The notes beneath the pieces are model-generated. The model did no database searches, was not told the DNA's origin, and worked only from the letters and a program-made list of their open reading frames with translations. Positions 41,101 through 54,170 of a DNA stretch of 64,000 bases are shown here, in pieces. Within the stretch, counting starts at the first letter, position 1, and every line of letters starts with the position of its first letter. The stretch is from Pavona decussata. Lineage: Eukaryota. The stretch is from the NCBI GenBank assembly GCA_977016875.1, contig CDRNST010000088.1:2976001-3040000 (forward strand). Direction: 5' to 3'. The translations under genes were made by a program, and so were the position numbers.

Positions 41101-42167
41101 TAATTTTGAGCTAGACCCCAGAGCATTCTACCCACTCAGGGAGGATTAACTAAACAAACTGGATCATGTTCCCTCGGCCAAATATATTCTATCTTTGAAC
41201 CCACGAGGAGGCTAGACAAACTTAGAATTTAATTGTATGCAGTGGGCGAAAATTAATACTTAGCATCACAATAAGGCTAAAAGCCTCTTAGTTAGCTCAA
41301 TCTGCCGCAATTTTTACCGAGTAGTCCGTATTTCAAGCGTCAGTTATGGTAATATAATACATTTTTGGCACAATTCGAATGAATGCCCGATTTCTGGTTC
41401 ATCTTGACTCCAGTTTTGAGAATCTTAGGTGCAAGACCTGGGCCTTGTTTTCTTGCGGGAAAAAAAAAAAATCCTGGCGTAGGTCGGTCATTATTGGGAA
41501 AACTAAGCTCTCTGTCCTCGGACACACTTGTTTTCAATATGGACCTCCCGGCCGGTGAATAACATATACATTATCAATTCGGTGAATACCGCATGCCGAC
41601 AAAAACAAGTTTGACTACCTGGAAGTGTTCCGCAGCGCATTACATTTGATAATGTGCAGTTTTAATTGCAATAAGCGCTGAAAAAATCTAAATGTTCTTT
41701 AGATATCTAACTGGTCGGCCTCTGTAAACCTCTATTGGTGATCACAGGCTATTGTTGTTGTTGTTGCTGTTGTTCTTTACATCGGTATAATTTCATTTAC
41801 GTACTGATCATTATCTCAATACAAAAGATGATTGGCATGTATATAGCTTAGTTGTTACATGTAGTAGACGTTGTACCAAGTATGCCGATATCTACAAGGT
41901 TAGGAGTATATGACATCCTTGAAACATAAAGTCTATACTTTTCAAAATTTAGCACAAAGAAAGAATGGAAAAAAGAAAGAAAGAGACTAACAACTTACGC
42001 GGGGGACGAGTTCTCCTTTCTTGTTTATGCACAGGTAGCGATTTGTCTTCTCTCCGCGGATCTTTATACGACCAAAGTTATCTGATTCAAGCACCAGTCT
42101 CGCTGCAGAATGAGCAAGAAATCTTTAAGAAAGCATGGCAGATTTATTTAAACGAACAGTATACAAA

Positions 42168-42210
<43 letters not shown>

Positions 42211-45200
42211 ATTTATGTTAGAGACAATTTAACATTTTCAGTAATTTGTATACCGCGCGGAATTTTTTAAGTATTCGGTAGACCACTTTGTAAGGACTTG
42301 GGGGTGGCGTTAGAGTTAATATGACAACGCAAGCGCGAGGTTGGGGTGGGTGCTAAGCGCAGTGTTAACTTAGAAAAACAAAAGCACTGTTAGCCCAGTT
42401 TTCCAGGAATGCAAACCACCAGGTTCAATTTTATCATTGGTTTAAATTTTATTTTCCATTGTTTCAAACTCATTATCCTACATTACCATACCTAAGAACA
42501 ATAGGAGGATAAAATTCAAACTAAGGGTAAATTTTAACCACAACAGCTATACTCTTCAGAGCTTCATGGGCACTCCGCCAGTAAATAGTGTATTTTTCTC
42601 AAGACTATGATAAACAACTTGAAACTAGCGACCTAAGGTAGATAAAAGAAAACAAGAACTTGTTTATAGCAACACACAGTGAATTGGAAGGTTCAGTAAC
42701 GCCGTGTCTCTCCAAGCTCGAAAAACAGCTTCTCTTTAAAGACCTGATTTTGATTTTCTCGATTCTCGACTGTCAATCCATCCCACTAGGATTCATATTG
42801 GGGAGCTTCCTTCAAAATGCCCGCAACATTTTGTGCGCAAAGCGATAGTTTTCTCAATTATTGTCATGACTTGCCAAATCTGATAAACTTTCCTGAAATG
42901 TTTCCTGAAGGTTATTCGTACAAGCCTATTCGCCGTTTCTTGGCACAGAAAGATTACAAGTCTTATAAGTGTGAGGTTTGATAACCAGGAAGAAAGGTCT
43001 ATCAGCGATCTAGTGCACCAAAATGAAAACACTTAGACGTCTTCAACAACATTTTCAACGATAATCATAGCTTCTTATGGTCTAGAGAACATGTCAAGGA
43101 AGCCTTTTCTTGGAGCTTTATTATTATAAAATTTCCAAGAATAAACCGGCCTCGGGTTTAAGAGGAAACTTGGAATGAAAATTCCTTACATGATGTTTAT
43201 TGTGGTCGGTAAAATATATCCAGCAGCCGTTCTTGTTTGGAACAAGTGCAAGTAATTTGTCGGAGAGACAACATGTATCATTTTAAAACTATAAACGTTG
43301 ATTAATGATCAGGATTTGGAGAACCAGGCGGTACACACCAACAGTAAATTCCAAGGAGTAGTGTAGGAGTATCCTGCATGGGACTCATCATTACCAATGA
43401 AAAGCAAAATCCATCCACTAATGATCTGTTTGTGAACGGAAGTCACTGATGAAAATCTTGGTCTAATCTAGCCGAAAATGTTTACTGGATATAACACAGG
43501 AACAACAGAAAACAAGACAACCGTAACTTGCGATCAAGCTCTGTCTTCGTTTCTTTTGGTTAACCATTCCCACGGGAAACGCAAAACGAAAAATCGTGTA
43601 GGAAGCGACACAATAAGAGAACATATGAGAGCGCTGCTAAAATCAGGCGAGATCGAAAATTAAGACCACCAGTTCGGAGCAATCAAGCGACAGCAAAGTA
43701 ACAAAAACGTAAGCGTAATTTGACTAGAATAAGTTATTTACGAGGTTCATTCATGAAGGTTGACTAGTATTCAATTTTTTCTCACGACATATGAAACCTC
43801 GCATCATCAATAACACATGTGATCAGTTGGGTTTGGCCAAATCATTCTCTAAATGTTTGAAATAAGAAAGTGGAACCAAACGTATTAGATTGGGACACAA
43901 AAGGTTTTGTTGTGTTTTTTGAAAATCGTATTCGAATTGGATCTGTTTAGTATCCACAGCACTAATAAGATTTTTTTATTTCTATTTTGCTAAGTTGTGA
44001 TGTTATATTAATCCTCAAAGAATCATGGCAGGGGCAAGGCCCGGCTCAAACACAGTAAAGTTCAATACCCTTAACTTGTATGGTTTATCCTATAGTTCCA
44101 GGATGCCTATAGTTTATAAGCCCCCGACTTCTATATAAGGCTTCCTTGTCCTTACCACATTTGATCTTGTAAATAATTTAGTAGGAATATTGTAAATTAT
44201 CTTTAATGTATTTTTCTGTATAGTGTTGTTGTNNNNNNNNNNNNNNNNNNNNNNNNNNNNNNNNNNNNNNNNNNNNNNNNNNNNNNNNNNNNNNNNNNNN
44301 NNNNNNNNNNNNNNNNNNNNNNNNNNNNNNNNNNNNNNNNNNNNNNNNNNNNNNNNNNNNNNNNNNNNNNNNNNNNNNNTAGTGGGCGAAATTTTAATCT
44401 TTTTATGCAAGTAAACCGCATAAATGTATACCTTTCTCTGCATGTCATGAAAATGGTTCAATATTGTTCACAAAAACCATCGCATACGTACTTAGGTGGG
44501 AGTCAGACATATACTGTAAAAAGGTAAGGCCGTCAGTCCCAGGTGGGTTACTCGGGTGTAAACGTGACAGGGGGGTCCGACGGAGCCTAATATTTTGCAC
44601 CCAAAAAAATACATGGACCTTATATTGTGCACCAAAAAAATACAAGACTGGACATTTTAGACCCCCCCGTCACGTTTATACCCGAGTAACCCACCTTGGC
44701 CGTCAGTGTCCTCGTGGTCTTAGTAAAGTCTCATACAAGGAGGCTCCATTCAAACCCAGTAATGGGCTCCTGCCCTCACCCTTTCACTCTTTTACTGAAA
44801 TGCTACACTTTTTATATACATAATGTAATATAAGCCTCTCTAACACTTTAATTGTTATCTATTCGGTTCACAGTCTAGTTTTAAATTTCGCTTTCTCTTC
44901 ACATACTACGAGGGTGAAAAAGGAACCCCTTCAAGCGCGGAGCTCCCCTCCTACAGTAACAACAATTTGCCGATCAGCCACCTCCTTCTAAAGGGAACTA
45001 ACCATGATGTGTCTTCCTTATATAGCTTATATCGGCATGATGCCAAGTAGCGCACGTGTGGCCGATGAGGTGCAAGGCATAATAATGCCATATACCCGTG
45101 TACGGGTAGTTCAATCAACAAATTACTTATTAAATGTTTGGCTGTCAGTTGCAATAAAAAGGCTTTAGCGGAGAAAAGTGGTCCGAGACACGCTGGAGGA

Positions 45201-48200
45201 AAACAAGAGCCAAAAAGCGTCTGCGCTTGCAAGCATCTGATTGGTTGAAAAACAAGCAATGAGATGTCTGATTGGTTGAAAAACAAACAATGAGATGTCA
45301 GGATGTGTGGTTCAGAGGAAACAAGTCCGATCAATTCATGTGTAGCCTTATCCTAAGAGTACGGCTGAGGTATTGATCACTGATAAAATGGGAAGCTAAC
45401 CGATTGCTAACCGAGGAACATATTCATGTCAAGTTCTCAGTTTTCTGAGACTCATTTACATAAAAAACTGTATGCCAGGAAGTCTCCAGGAAGATGACGT
45501 TTACACCTTTCGCCCTTCCTTTCAGAGTGTTCCTGCTCGGCCCGTCACTTTGTTCAATGACACATAGGTTCCTAAAGGGTTATGGTGAGTTACGGTACAC
45601 TCTTTTTTCTTTTATAAGAGCGTCTACCTTTGCGGCGGAGGCTGAAGCGAAACTGAATGTTCTTATTTTTTCCTGTTTTGAGCCTGAAACGTTGTCAGCA
45701 TGTGACATAGAATTTCCGAAAACCGGTATGAACGTGACCAGGAAACCTGAAAGAGACCATTATTCGCTGTATCATATCAAATTCCTTTGACTCACGTGTC
45801 TGGCTTGATGAAGAACCGAATAAAAATGACAGATGTATTTTTTCATTCAGTGACACAGGCATACTCGGGAAAAGAAAATCCGAGTATTCTTGTGTCACTC
45901 ACCAGGCATAAAACATAACATCGCATTTCTTTGAATAAAAATGCCTTAAATTCTTCATTAGTTTCAGCTTGGGTACGTCCTTAGCATGTTCTTAAACTCT
46001 GGGTCAATTTCAGCCTCAGTGTTTTCTTTATAAAGAGTGTACACTCAACTCTCGCCTTGCGGACACCTCGACGCTATTACGGACACCCCGATGATACGAA
46101 AAGAAGCTAAATCCCCGGCAAAAATTAATTACAGACGTTTGACTGAAGTAAATTTCCGATATTAAGGACTTTCGCTATTAAGGACACCAACTCGAGGTCC
46201 CGAGCGTGTCCGCAAAAAAGGGAGTTGATTGTATTTGATACAGTTAAATGTTTAATGATGTGTTGCTCAGTTGAATTCCTGGCCGAAATATGTAGGGTTT
46301 CCGCACTCTATAGAGTCTTTTGTCTCCATTTTCCTTCGGTTCACCATGTGCACAGTGTGGCAGCAAAATGTGCGAGACACTACTACTGTGGACATCAACA
46401 AACAACAACAGATGATCAACAGGATGGGAAGAGTTCCTTCCTCTGCATTATGATACCTGCTGTGTAAAACTGTTCTGTTCATGCGGCTGTGAGCATAGAC
46501 CTTTGTGTTTATTAAGAAGTAGAGTCCTTTAAGTAAATGGGAGATTTCATTTGAACTTAACTGAAAAGAACCTTGGTTCAGGAGAACACATCCCAGTAGT
46601 GAAACTGAAACTAAAGAGGCAAGCAGGTCATTATTTGTATTACACAAGATTATGGACCGATTTTTTAAACGAAACGTCTATTCGTGTTTTTAACACCTTT
46701 ATACAAAGAATAGCAATGGGCTAATTTTTACTGAGTATTTTCTAGTAAATAATTCCGTTCAAAATTGCCTAGTAAAATTGACCGGCGAGCATCGATTCTT
46801 TTTTCATCAATAAACAATGTTTTAATTTAATGCCGAAATAATTAAACAGAGAATGTGAGGGTACACAAGCATAAAGTTGGAGAGAAGTCAATATAAGCTG
46901 ACTCAAATGAAATCAAAGAAATCGAGAGTTTGTTAGAGAAAAAGCAATCGATTACAATAGAATTCATAATATCACGCAAGCAAAAACAATTATATATCCC
47001 GCGGTTCGTTTAGTAAGGCCATTAGTAACAAAGCTGAAAAAACAGTGCTTGATAAGCATCCTAAATAACATTAAAAAAGAAAACAGACCATGGCACTTCA
47101 TGTGTCCTACAAAAACAGGTATTGAACCAACGCTTCCTTTCACGATTTACGTTACTCAGACCACAACCATAACAGCAACAGAATAGCCGGAAAATGCTCG
47201 AAACACAACATATAACGATAGAAACACTAACAGTCATATTGAACTGGACCTGTTTATACTTTGTTTCATGAACCCTTTTGTGTCAAGGACGCAAAAAAGA
47301 GAGACGGCGTTTTCTCAACCCCCTTGTCATGGCAAAAAAATCAGGCATACTAACGACCGCTCTCAACTCGTCTAATGTCATACACTACGGTGGAAAATTG
47401 TTTTACGAAAATCAATAATGATAATAATAATAATATATAAAAAAAAAACTCCCGATACGTAAATATCCGACAAGAAACATAGAACATATGCGGTTCATTT
47501 GAGTGTGATTCCTGTGGTTTCAACCAAACAGCACTAAGAATTCGGATCTTTTCACCACCGTGAGTGTTCTTTTGCTTTCTGGAAATACACGCGTTATTAT
47601 ATAGCTCAGCATTTAGCCGCTTGAAGGCTGTTGTTTTTTTTTCGTTTGGTCGCAGTTAATTGACGGAACGGATAATCGTGCTGAGAGGCGCCGGTTAGTT
47701 TCCTTAATTATCGAAGAAGGCGGTAAATTTGTTCTTAAGAGACGTGACTAAGTTGATCGAACAACAAGCCGCAAAATACGTTCTTTGTGTCCATATTGCT
47801 GACTTTCTGATGCAGTTAGAAAGGTTTTATGATGCCGTGTTCTGTGCTCGACATATGGCCGTCAAATGTTTTACTGAGTAGTAAAATAGTGTGGTGGTCA
47901 CGGTAGTTTTAAATAGTTTCAAAGTAATGACAAATAAAATCTCACAAGAAAATCGTACAAAAAAAATGGATCTTTTGCTATGGAATAATATTCCTGGGAT
48001 ACTTTTGAGGTACTCGGTTTCAAATCGTTGGCTTAGTGGCTTGATGTTTTCTCTCAAAACATGAAGTTATGATTGCCAACAGAAATCACTTATTTACTCT
48101 GGCAAGAAAGTAATGTAATTTATTCTGAGAAAACAATCTAAGCAAGATCTAAGCTTGACATTCAGAGAGCCCAAATCTTATTACCTTAATTTCTTCTGTA

Positions 48201-48745
48201 AGAAATCATGAGCTTTCTCTTACCATATTCTGAACCTTCTCGTCCACGCGCGTCCAATTCAGTTTTCTTGATTTGAACATGGAGTAGTGAAGCTCTTGAG
48301 TACAACAGAACTTTTCTCTTAATTGGAGGATTATTTCTGTCCGTCTTGCTGGTTTCATTTTGAACAAATCCGCACATTAATCTTTCCCAGATCTGTCAGG
48401 AAAAAAAAATAATCGGAATCGTTTTAAGTAGCTCTTTCCCTTCGATAAACGAGGCAGTGCTGGGTCTTTGACAGTGTCAGTGCCAAACTTCACAGCTTAC
48501 CGGAACGGACTTGCTTTGCGGGCAAGGAGATGTAGTTTTGCCTCTTGATCTGTAAGCTACAGGGCTTGTGCTAAAAGTTAACGGAAGGCTAAAACAGATA
48601 CAGTATATGAAGATGTTATCAGCCGTCTTAAGAGAATTAAAATCACATGTGTGGGCTGTTCAATAGAATTGATAGTTTTCAAATTGTCGACTTACAGGAT
48701 TAGAATTAGCCCACAAATACTCAAAGATGACAGTCTGGTCTCCAT
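35180..48745 (-). CDS. FGF8: FGF8/17/18-type ligand, paralog A, ~218 aa, 5 coding exons
   Basis: complement(join(48696..48745,48501..48549,48224..48392,41999..42102,35180..35464)) = 657 nt, GT-AG, intron phases 2/0/1/0. METRLSSLSICGLILILSRG signal; LLYSRASLLHVQI...DARGREGSEYARLVLESDNFGRIKIRGEKTNRYLCINKKG...CIFNE...WLIGFSKAGRP. The three core exons are secure; the two 5' exons are less so. Confidence 0.88.
36295..39181 (-). mobile_element. Autonomous-looking 2887-bp DNA transposon with TTAA TSD and short TIRs (Kolobok-like ends, Mutator-like DDE transposase), in the last intron of FGF-A
   Basis: TTAA at 36291-36294 and 39182-39185; TIR GGTGGCTCGATAGG versus reverse complement of the right end GGTGGCCCGATAGG (1 mismatch, imperfect extension); encloses one uninterrupted 625-aa ORF. 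Confidence 0.88.
36902..38779 (-). CDS. DDE transposase (Mutator-like/Kolobok-related), 625 aa, intronless
   Basis: N-terminal NLS PPKKKFR..RKKKR, CxxC zinc motifs, DGTWRKRG, GDGDS, ECVGH (CxxH), TQNQNE catalytic motifs; no stops or frameshifts. Confidence 0.88.
   Translation of the reverse strand: MPPKKKFRSITRKKKRFRGNQYSKKEETAESGVLNDEDSSSQASEREGSNSDAEHVESDKTKSFKCLPASIRKMKAESNDSSQPESSDEDPEGVNGFRLIDIAILATVFESLRCPLCKQKHVVLVEDEQSKMGLASLLILKCTTRKCSFYKPFYTSGKIENGKAYEVNRRVVLATRNIGVGHQGLVKFACVMNMLPPMNENSYRDHVQAVRDAAESVATASMSRAANEVKEFYEPDEEGIYDIGVSGDGTWRKRGFSSSYGVVTVLSTITGKALDCEIMSKECGECKLRRGKEGTPEFEEWWDGHQHKCQANFFGSSGSMDSAGILAIFQRSVEKHDARYVEFLGDGDSKAHNLLVQEAVYGDTEVEKLECVGHVQKRLGSRLRSLKKRQGTTRLEDGKGLGGRGRLTDKRIDKLQVYYGMAIRQNIHDIDCMKTAVMAIWHHSKSTDDDPDHDLCPPGENSWCGFQQDIANGTSDYTHAAPIPEAVANSILPTFEALSDETLLSRCLHGGTQNQNEAINALIWQRATKETHASAPTVELATYLAVGHFNDGARTLMSIVEELGMVPGSHCRKACEKLDHDRIRHSNRKSGEEAKKRRKQIRNWKKGFNETLEAREGPSYEAGGY
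40049..40179. mobile_element. 131-bp MITE with TAG termini and 9-bp TSD (possibly Academ-like)
   Basis: TIR TAGCCTGCGAGCAAGCTCTCT / AGAGAGCTTGCTCGCAGGCTA; TSD CTTTGGAAT at 40040-40048 and 40180-40188. Superfamily assignment is inference. Confidence 0.8.
42165..42211 (+). repeat. (AAAT)n microsatellite
   Basis: Direct reading; lies ~60 bp upstream (on the minus strand) of the FGF-A exon 4 acceptor. Confidence 0.95.
44233..44379. other. Assembly gap (N run) inside FGF-A intron 3
   Basis: Ns; flanking exons join in frame (SEY|ARL). Confidence 0.99.
44538..44699. mobile_element. 162-bp MITE with apparent 8-bp TSD
   Basis: TIR CCCAGGTGGGTTACTCGGGTGTAAACGTGAC versus GTCACGTTTATACCCGAGTAACCCACCTTGG; CCGTCAGT at 44530-44537 and 44700-44707; internal TGCACC(C)AAAAAAATACA duplicated. 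Confidence 0.75.
45236..45298 (+). repeat. 31-bp tandem duplication containing reverse CCAAT boxes
   Basis: TCTGATTGGTTGAAAAACAA(G/A)CAATGAGATG twice. Confidence 0.8.
45598..46039. mobile_element. TA-flanked MITE-like element
   Basis: TA|CACTCTTT...AAAGAGTG|TA with imperfect subterminal inverted similarity (TTTATAAGAG..GAGGCTGAA / TTCAGCCTC..CTTTATAAA). Confidence 0.5.
46042..46231. mobile_element. Tc1/mariner (pogo/Tigger-like) MITE
   Basis: TA|CACTCAACTCTCGCCTTGCGGACAC ... GTGTCCGCAAAAAAGGGAGTTGATTG|TA; internal CGCTATTA(C/A)GGACAC subrepeats. Confidence 0.7.
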
Positions 48746-51700
48746 TGCACTAGTCGTCTGTAGGGGATTCCGCTGTTCTGCGATAAAGTAGTTTACTTTA
48801 CACAAATTGGCAGCTTTTATATTGTTCGTTAAACCACCTCAAGTGGGAGGTATTAATATCAGCGTGGCGAGTGTAAATGAGAAGTTCACAGAGCCGATAG
48901 CAGTGGGATTTCGTCAAAGGTGTCCTGTTACGTTTAACCCCTGAGGTGAAAGAAAGGTTTGCCATTGTTTGGCCAGTGAAAAATTGTTTTTCTAAGGGAT
49001 ATATTTCGAGGGCGGCTTTTCTAAATCATAAAAGTTAAAACCAAGCCATAGAATAGCCCGGAATATGTGGTAAATTTAACTGTGATTTACAGGAAGGCAG
49101 TAGCTGTTGCTGCGTTGCACCACAAACTGATGGGATGAAAAAATTTCTTGCCGCACTCATGTGGCTCACATGCACAGAGGTCTGAAATTGTCAAAAAAAA
49201 TCTCCCCTAATGACGATATAATCTTCTTTTTGCAATGCGTTTTATACTTTGCAAGCAGTACAGACGTTTAAAAAACGATTTTTCTGGAGGTCGATGGATC
49301 AAAGAGTTTTTCGCTGTTTTAAACGCTAATCGAGCTTTCTCTGATTTACTAAGATTGCAAGAACACTTCACAAAACATATTGAATATACCAAACTAATAT
49401 AACCATTATATTGGTGTTTGCTTTACAAACCTGCCGTTTACACACCCACTGACTCAATCTGCTTTCCTTTAGTTCACGGGGTTTTCCTTTTTAACCGGAG
49501 AAATTTCGGTCTTGAATTTCTTCACACAACGGAGAAAATCTGCTCAAAATTACATGCCTGAAGCGATGATCGGGTTTTTGTTAAAATCGGTTTAACAGAT
49601 GAGCACTTTTGTGAGTATGCACACTTTCGTTATTTAAGGGATAAGTTAACGATAATGCATGAAAAATGATTAATGTGATTGCTGTGTGGTGTATGCATAT
49701 GTAGGGACAATGTGATGGTTATTTTTGGAATTCGTGTTTTTCCCCTACCATTTGCTCAGTTCAATCAATTATGCTTATTTCTGCTCTTGTTATCGATAAC
49801 CTTTTCAACTGCAATTTCCGGTGTTAAAGCGCTCTACTTTTTTATACTCCCTCCTCGGTTAGAACAGAATTATTCGTTTCTGCTAAATCCCTTCTATTGT
49901 TTAGCATGGCCTTTAAAAAAAAAAGATAGAAACAGATCTCCAATTTTCCACAGACTTTAAAATCTGCAAAGAATCTTTAAAGATAAAGTTGCCGCCACAC
50001 GTTATCACAGCTTACCGGGAGCGTAGAAAGCGATTGAGTACATATGACATGTTGGGCGCCACCTGCACCTTGGCAACGCTAGTTAACTCGTTTGGCTAGA
50101 CATAGACTAACTTCACTCTGGTTATAAATTTTAAAATTTTAGAAGCATTATTTTAAATACATCAGTTGATTAAATTCCTCGTTTCACCAAACTCAGTTTT
50201 TTTGGTTCCTGCTGACTACAAAGTAAGAACCGTCTGAACTATTGCGCGCCACACCCTTAGAGCCCCACTGAGTGACCCGGCTTGAAAGTTACATCTGTTT
50301 GGACAAATTGTTTCCTTTTGTGAGTTTGAGAACTTTCTCAAGGCACGTAAATTATCCCTTTCTGTCAAGAAACACATGGTGTTGATGTGTGGAACACTCT
50401 GCTTTCTCTTTTGCGGTTTTCCGACACAATGAAGCTGCGAAGTTGGGGCCTTCTTTTTGTAATAAAAAAAGGCTTTTAATCCTTAACAGTCTGACCACCC
50501 AGGTAGTGCCCAGTATGAGATTACGTCAGCAGGAAAATTCTTCTTCGTCAAAATCTAGTGGAAAATCAGGTTTCTAAAATAAAACTAGAAGTAAGGTATT
50601 GGTCTCTGAGTTGATCCGAAATTTTTATCGATAAATTACATCGATTACATAAAATAAATATGAAATTGTCTTATTTCTTTGTGATAAATATGCGTCTTGT
50701 GTATAAAGAAAACTATGCAAATAGCTGTAAAGAGTTATCCAAGTGACACAAGGAAGTTGTGAACTTACGCCTCAGTTACCGAGATCCATAATCAGCTGAC
50801 AATACACAGGATGCGCTAACTACTGGGACCTGCGCCATAAATCTTACTCTTCAAGAGAAGGCAAGATTAAAATGACTGGCTAAAGAAAAATGCATTCAGA
50901 CCTTTCTAGTGTGCAACGGCCCACATTTTTTTTTTAAACACAATCAGGGCGTGCGGTGTCCCAGGAATTTTTTCAGTTAAAAGGGAGTGCTGGGCCGACA
51001 AAACATTTCATCAGCAAACTGCTTGATGCCGCTCTGTTCCTGAGGGATGCCAGATGAGACATGCATTGTAAACAACAGATGATAGCAAGTTTCGGGGTTG
51101 GTTTTATTTTGTCTGTCTCTAGTGCGAAGAAAGAATATTAAAACAATACGTCGACTGTGCCCCATAGTTAACTCCAATCCTGTTTTAATTAATAAAATAA
51201 CCTCAGATCTACTCATCGCGTGATCCTGAAAAAACGGTGAATTTAAGTTTTATGAGAATTAAAAATACTATTTCGCCCTCTTGTTATCAAGATTTCCTAT
51301 TCCCACGCACAACTGTTCACTGTAGGTTCGGTTTCCGCTGCTCTCTTCTTACTGCCCGGCGGAGGAAATTCAACGGCTCCTTCCGTCATCATATCAGACA
51401 AACTAGTAACTTACGGATTTAAAGTGTTTGGATTCCTATGATACGTGAATACTAAGCACGAGCACAACGATGACTTACTTCTCGAGTTAAATTGTGGCTA
51501 GTTCCTGTACTGGTTCGTAGGTCTACATACGAGTCTGAATTATCATAACCGCGATTAAAGGCCGCTGTTTATATCAGTCCACGGTTCTGTAACTCTGAAA
51601 CTTAACCATTGTTGAGAATACGGATAATTTTTAGATACGAAGAAAGGCATGTGGTGGTATTTATTTGGATGAAAGAAGAATGGATTTATTTCCTTTGTTG

Positions 51701-53533
51701 AGGTTTACTTACCCGTCTAAATTTAGGATTTAATTTGGGTCTACCCTATCGAAGTCCTTCGTTTCTCCAGCACGGAGGTTGAGCCCTCACTCCACCGACT
51801 CGGTGAAAGCGGAGATAGTAAGTACTTTTTTTTTTATTATTATTATTTTCTCGGTTTACTGACCACCAATCGCAATGCACGGTAAATCTTGACGAGTTGT
51901 TGTTGAAGTGAAATCATTTTACTCCGATCCGGCGCGACGAAACGTTGGGTTTTTCCTCTTGAAGTGAATTTTTTTGCTCACTGAACGTTGTAAAATGACT
52001 CGGAACGAAAAACTCAGGAATGGAATAAAAGGATTGGTTGTTCTCCAAAGAGGCGGATATTCATGTAATTGTGTTGACAAAACTTTGTTGTTTTGCAGTT
52101 TCTCTTGCACTGTTGACACGGCATAATAATATTGCTAACCGTGCAGAGCAGTCTTTTGAACTCAGTTTTACGTTCCATGTTCATTATTTCCCTTTGAGTT
52201 TTATTTTCTAATCTCGTCCCATTTCACTTCATTTAAGAAAATTTGATCCTTAGCTTAAATAGTTAAAAAAAACGCCTTGCAACACTGTATCGTTAGCATT
52301 AACTCTAAAAAGATCTTCTTGCACATATTTATCTATAAGATATAAAGGTAGAGAGTAAGATACGTGAGTCTTCTTCACTGAGTGTGATTTCATTTTCATC
52401 AAAACAAAGCTTGCAAAGAGCATTTATTCGCTTGATTGTGCGCTTTTTTTAAAGATTGTTTTTTAGTTTATTTCTGTACTGCTTGCTATGAAATATCACA
52501 GCTTCTTTTCCAGGAAACGTTTGAAGTCTGCTTTATATCGTCAGTCTAGCCTTTTTCTCTAAGGTTTACGCAACGGCCTTCTTGATAAGCAAAGTTACTA
52601 GAGAGTACCGACAGTGCGACGTAGCGCGCGTTGACTGTTCGCAAACCGATTCGCCTCGATCATCTTAAAAACTAATAAAGCAGAAAAAAATGCAGAAACT
52701 GTGCCTTCAGCTTGTGAATACCATATATTTATATTTGCCGTGGCGCTACAAACTCATGGCTTATTTACAATTCCAGCGCCATTTGTAGCCTTCTTTAGCG
52801 AGCTCTGTTGAAGGTGCAACGAGTTTCTTCGTGTTTCTGCTCAATGAATTGATTATGCGGCGGTCAATCAGTTGGAATCCAGTGAACAAAACCCTATGCA
52901 AATATCATTTTGAGCGTGAAGAAAATTATCGTAACTCGAAAAATAGCTGATCCCGTCCTGAATGTTTACCTTCAGTGCGGTACACAAAGTTTTGATATTT
53001 TTCAGACACCAAGTTCCACATAATCGGCATAATCGTGCAGCTTAGATGTCAGATCTATAGAAATGTTTTTTTTTTTTGGATTTAAGAGGATACCTTGCAC
53101 TCCTGTATAACAGTTAACACTGTGATTGTTATTAAAAAAAATATATATCCAGAAAGGATGAGTAATTTTTAAGGTTGTTTCGTTCGTACGGAAACCAAAT
53201 GTAGAAATGCTATAAAAAAGTAATTTTGGAGTCTGGCTAAATATGTTATATAGGTATTTATTTGAGTTTAAGGGCAATGTTCCCAGTACCCTTGATGAGG
53301 CGAGGAGTAGATAAAGTTGAATTCTACTCTCACCTACAATTCCCCTTTCAAACGTGTTTTAAGTAAGAAGAAGAATCCTTTGTATTAGCACGCAGACTCC
53401 AGTTATGATCTGAATGTTACTTTCGTTTTAGTTTGCATATTTCCGGACTGGCTGGTATATATTTTGTACAAAACGGGCATGTTTACAAAATGCTAGTCAA
53501 GCTTATTCTTTAAAATAGAACCTCACAAACCTA

Positions 53534-53684
53534 TTGATGGTTTGCATGTGACGTCATGGCGGCCATGATGGTGGACAGGAACAATGAGATTTTTCTCCTC
53601 TGGGAGATAACTTCCATTTTTATGCAAACTTTGTGAAGAAATTTTCTTTTGTTTTGTCCACCAACAACATGCAAACTACCTATA
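53534..53684. mobile_element. Degenerate MITE-like dispersed repeat
   Basis: Imperfect inverted ends TATTGATGGTTTGCATGT / ACATGCAAACTACCTATA with TGGTGGACA / TGTCCACCA internal arms. Confidence 0.45.
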
Positions 53685-54170
53685 CACATTCAGAAACAAC
53701 AACAACAACAATTTATTTACAGATTCAGATTATATAAAGGGCTTGTCCCGCAAATAGCCACAAAGCTAGTCGAGGCGAGACAAGACCGGCGAGCACGAGA
53801 ACATAATGGGAAAAAAATTTACAGTAAATTACAAACATGCTAGAAAACGGAAAACGTTTCTAGAGAGTGAATAAAATGTTCTTTGAAAATTCAAAAATAC
53901 ACTAAGAACAACAACTTAGACAATTTTAAAAAGAAATGGACATTACACTTGCACCATTAGTATAATAGTATTAAAATTATGTTTATGTAAATAATTCTTG
54001 AAACTTCAGTTTCGTGGCTATACTCCAACGCAATGTAATTTACTTTTTTTGTATGATAGTCTTTTTTTAACATAACAGGTATTATAGAATTGTTTTGACT
54101 TTTTCTTTCTTTTTAAGTTTTGAAGTGTTGTTAAGAACCGTAAAAAGTATTTTCATAGGATTTTTTGTGA

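Noticed and set aside
50769-50838. Signal-peptide-like exon for FGF-A ending at a GTAAGT donor
   Set aside because: All three frames contain stops; at most a 5'UTR exon. The 48696-48745 exon gives a clean signal peptide.
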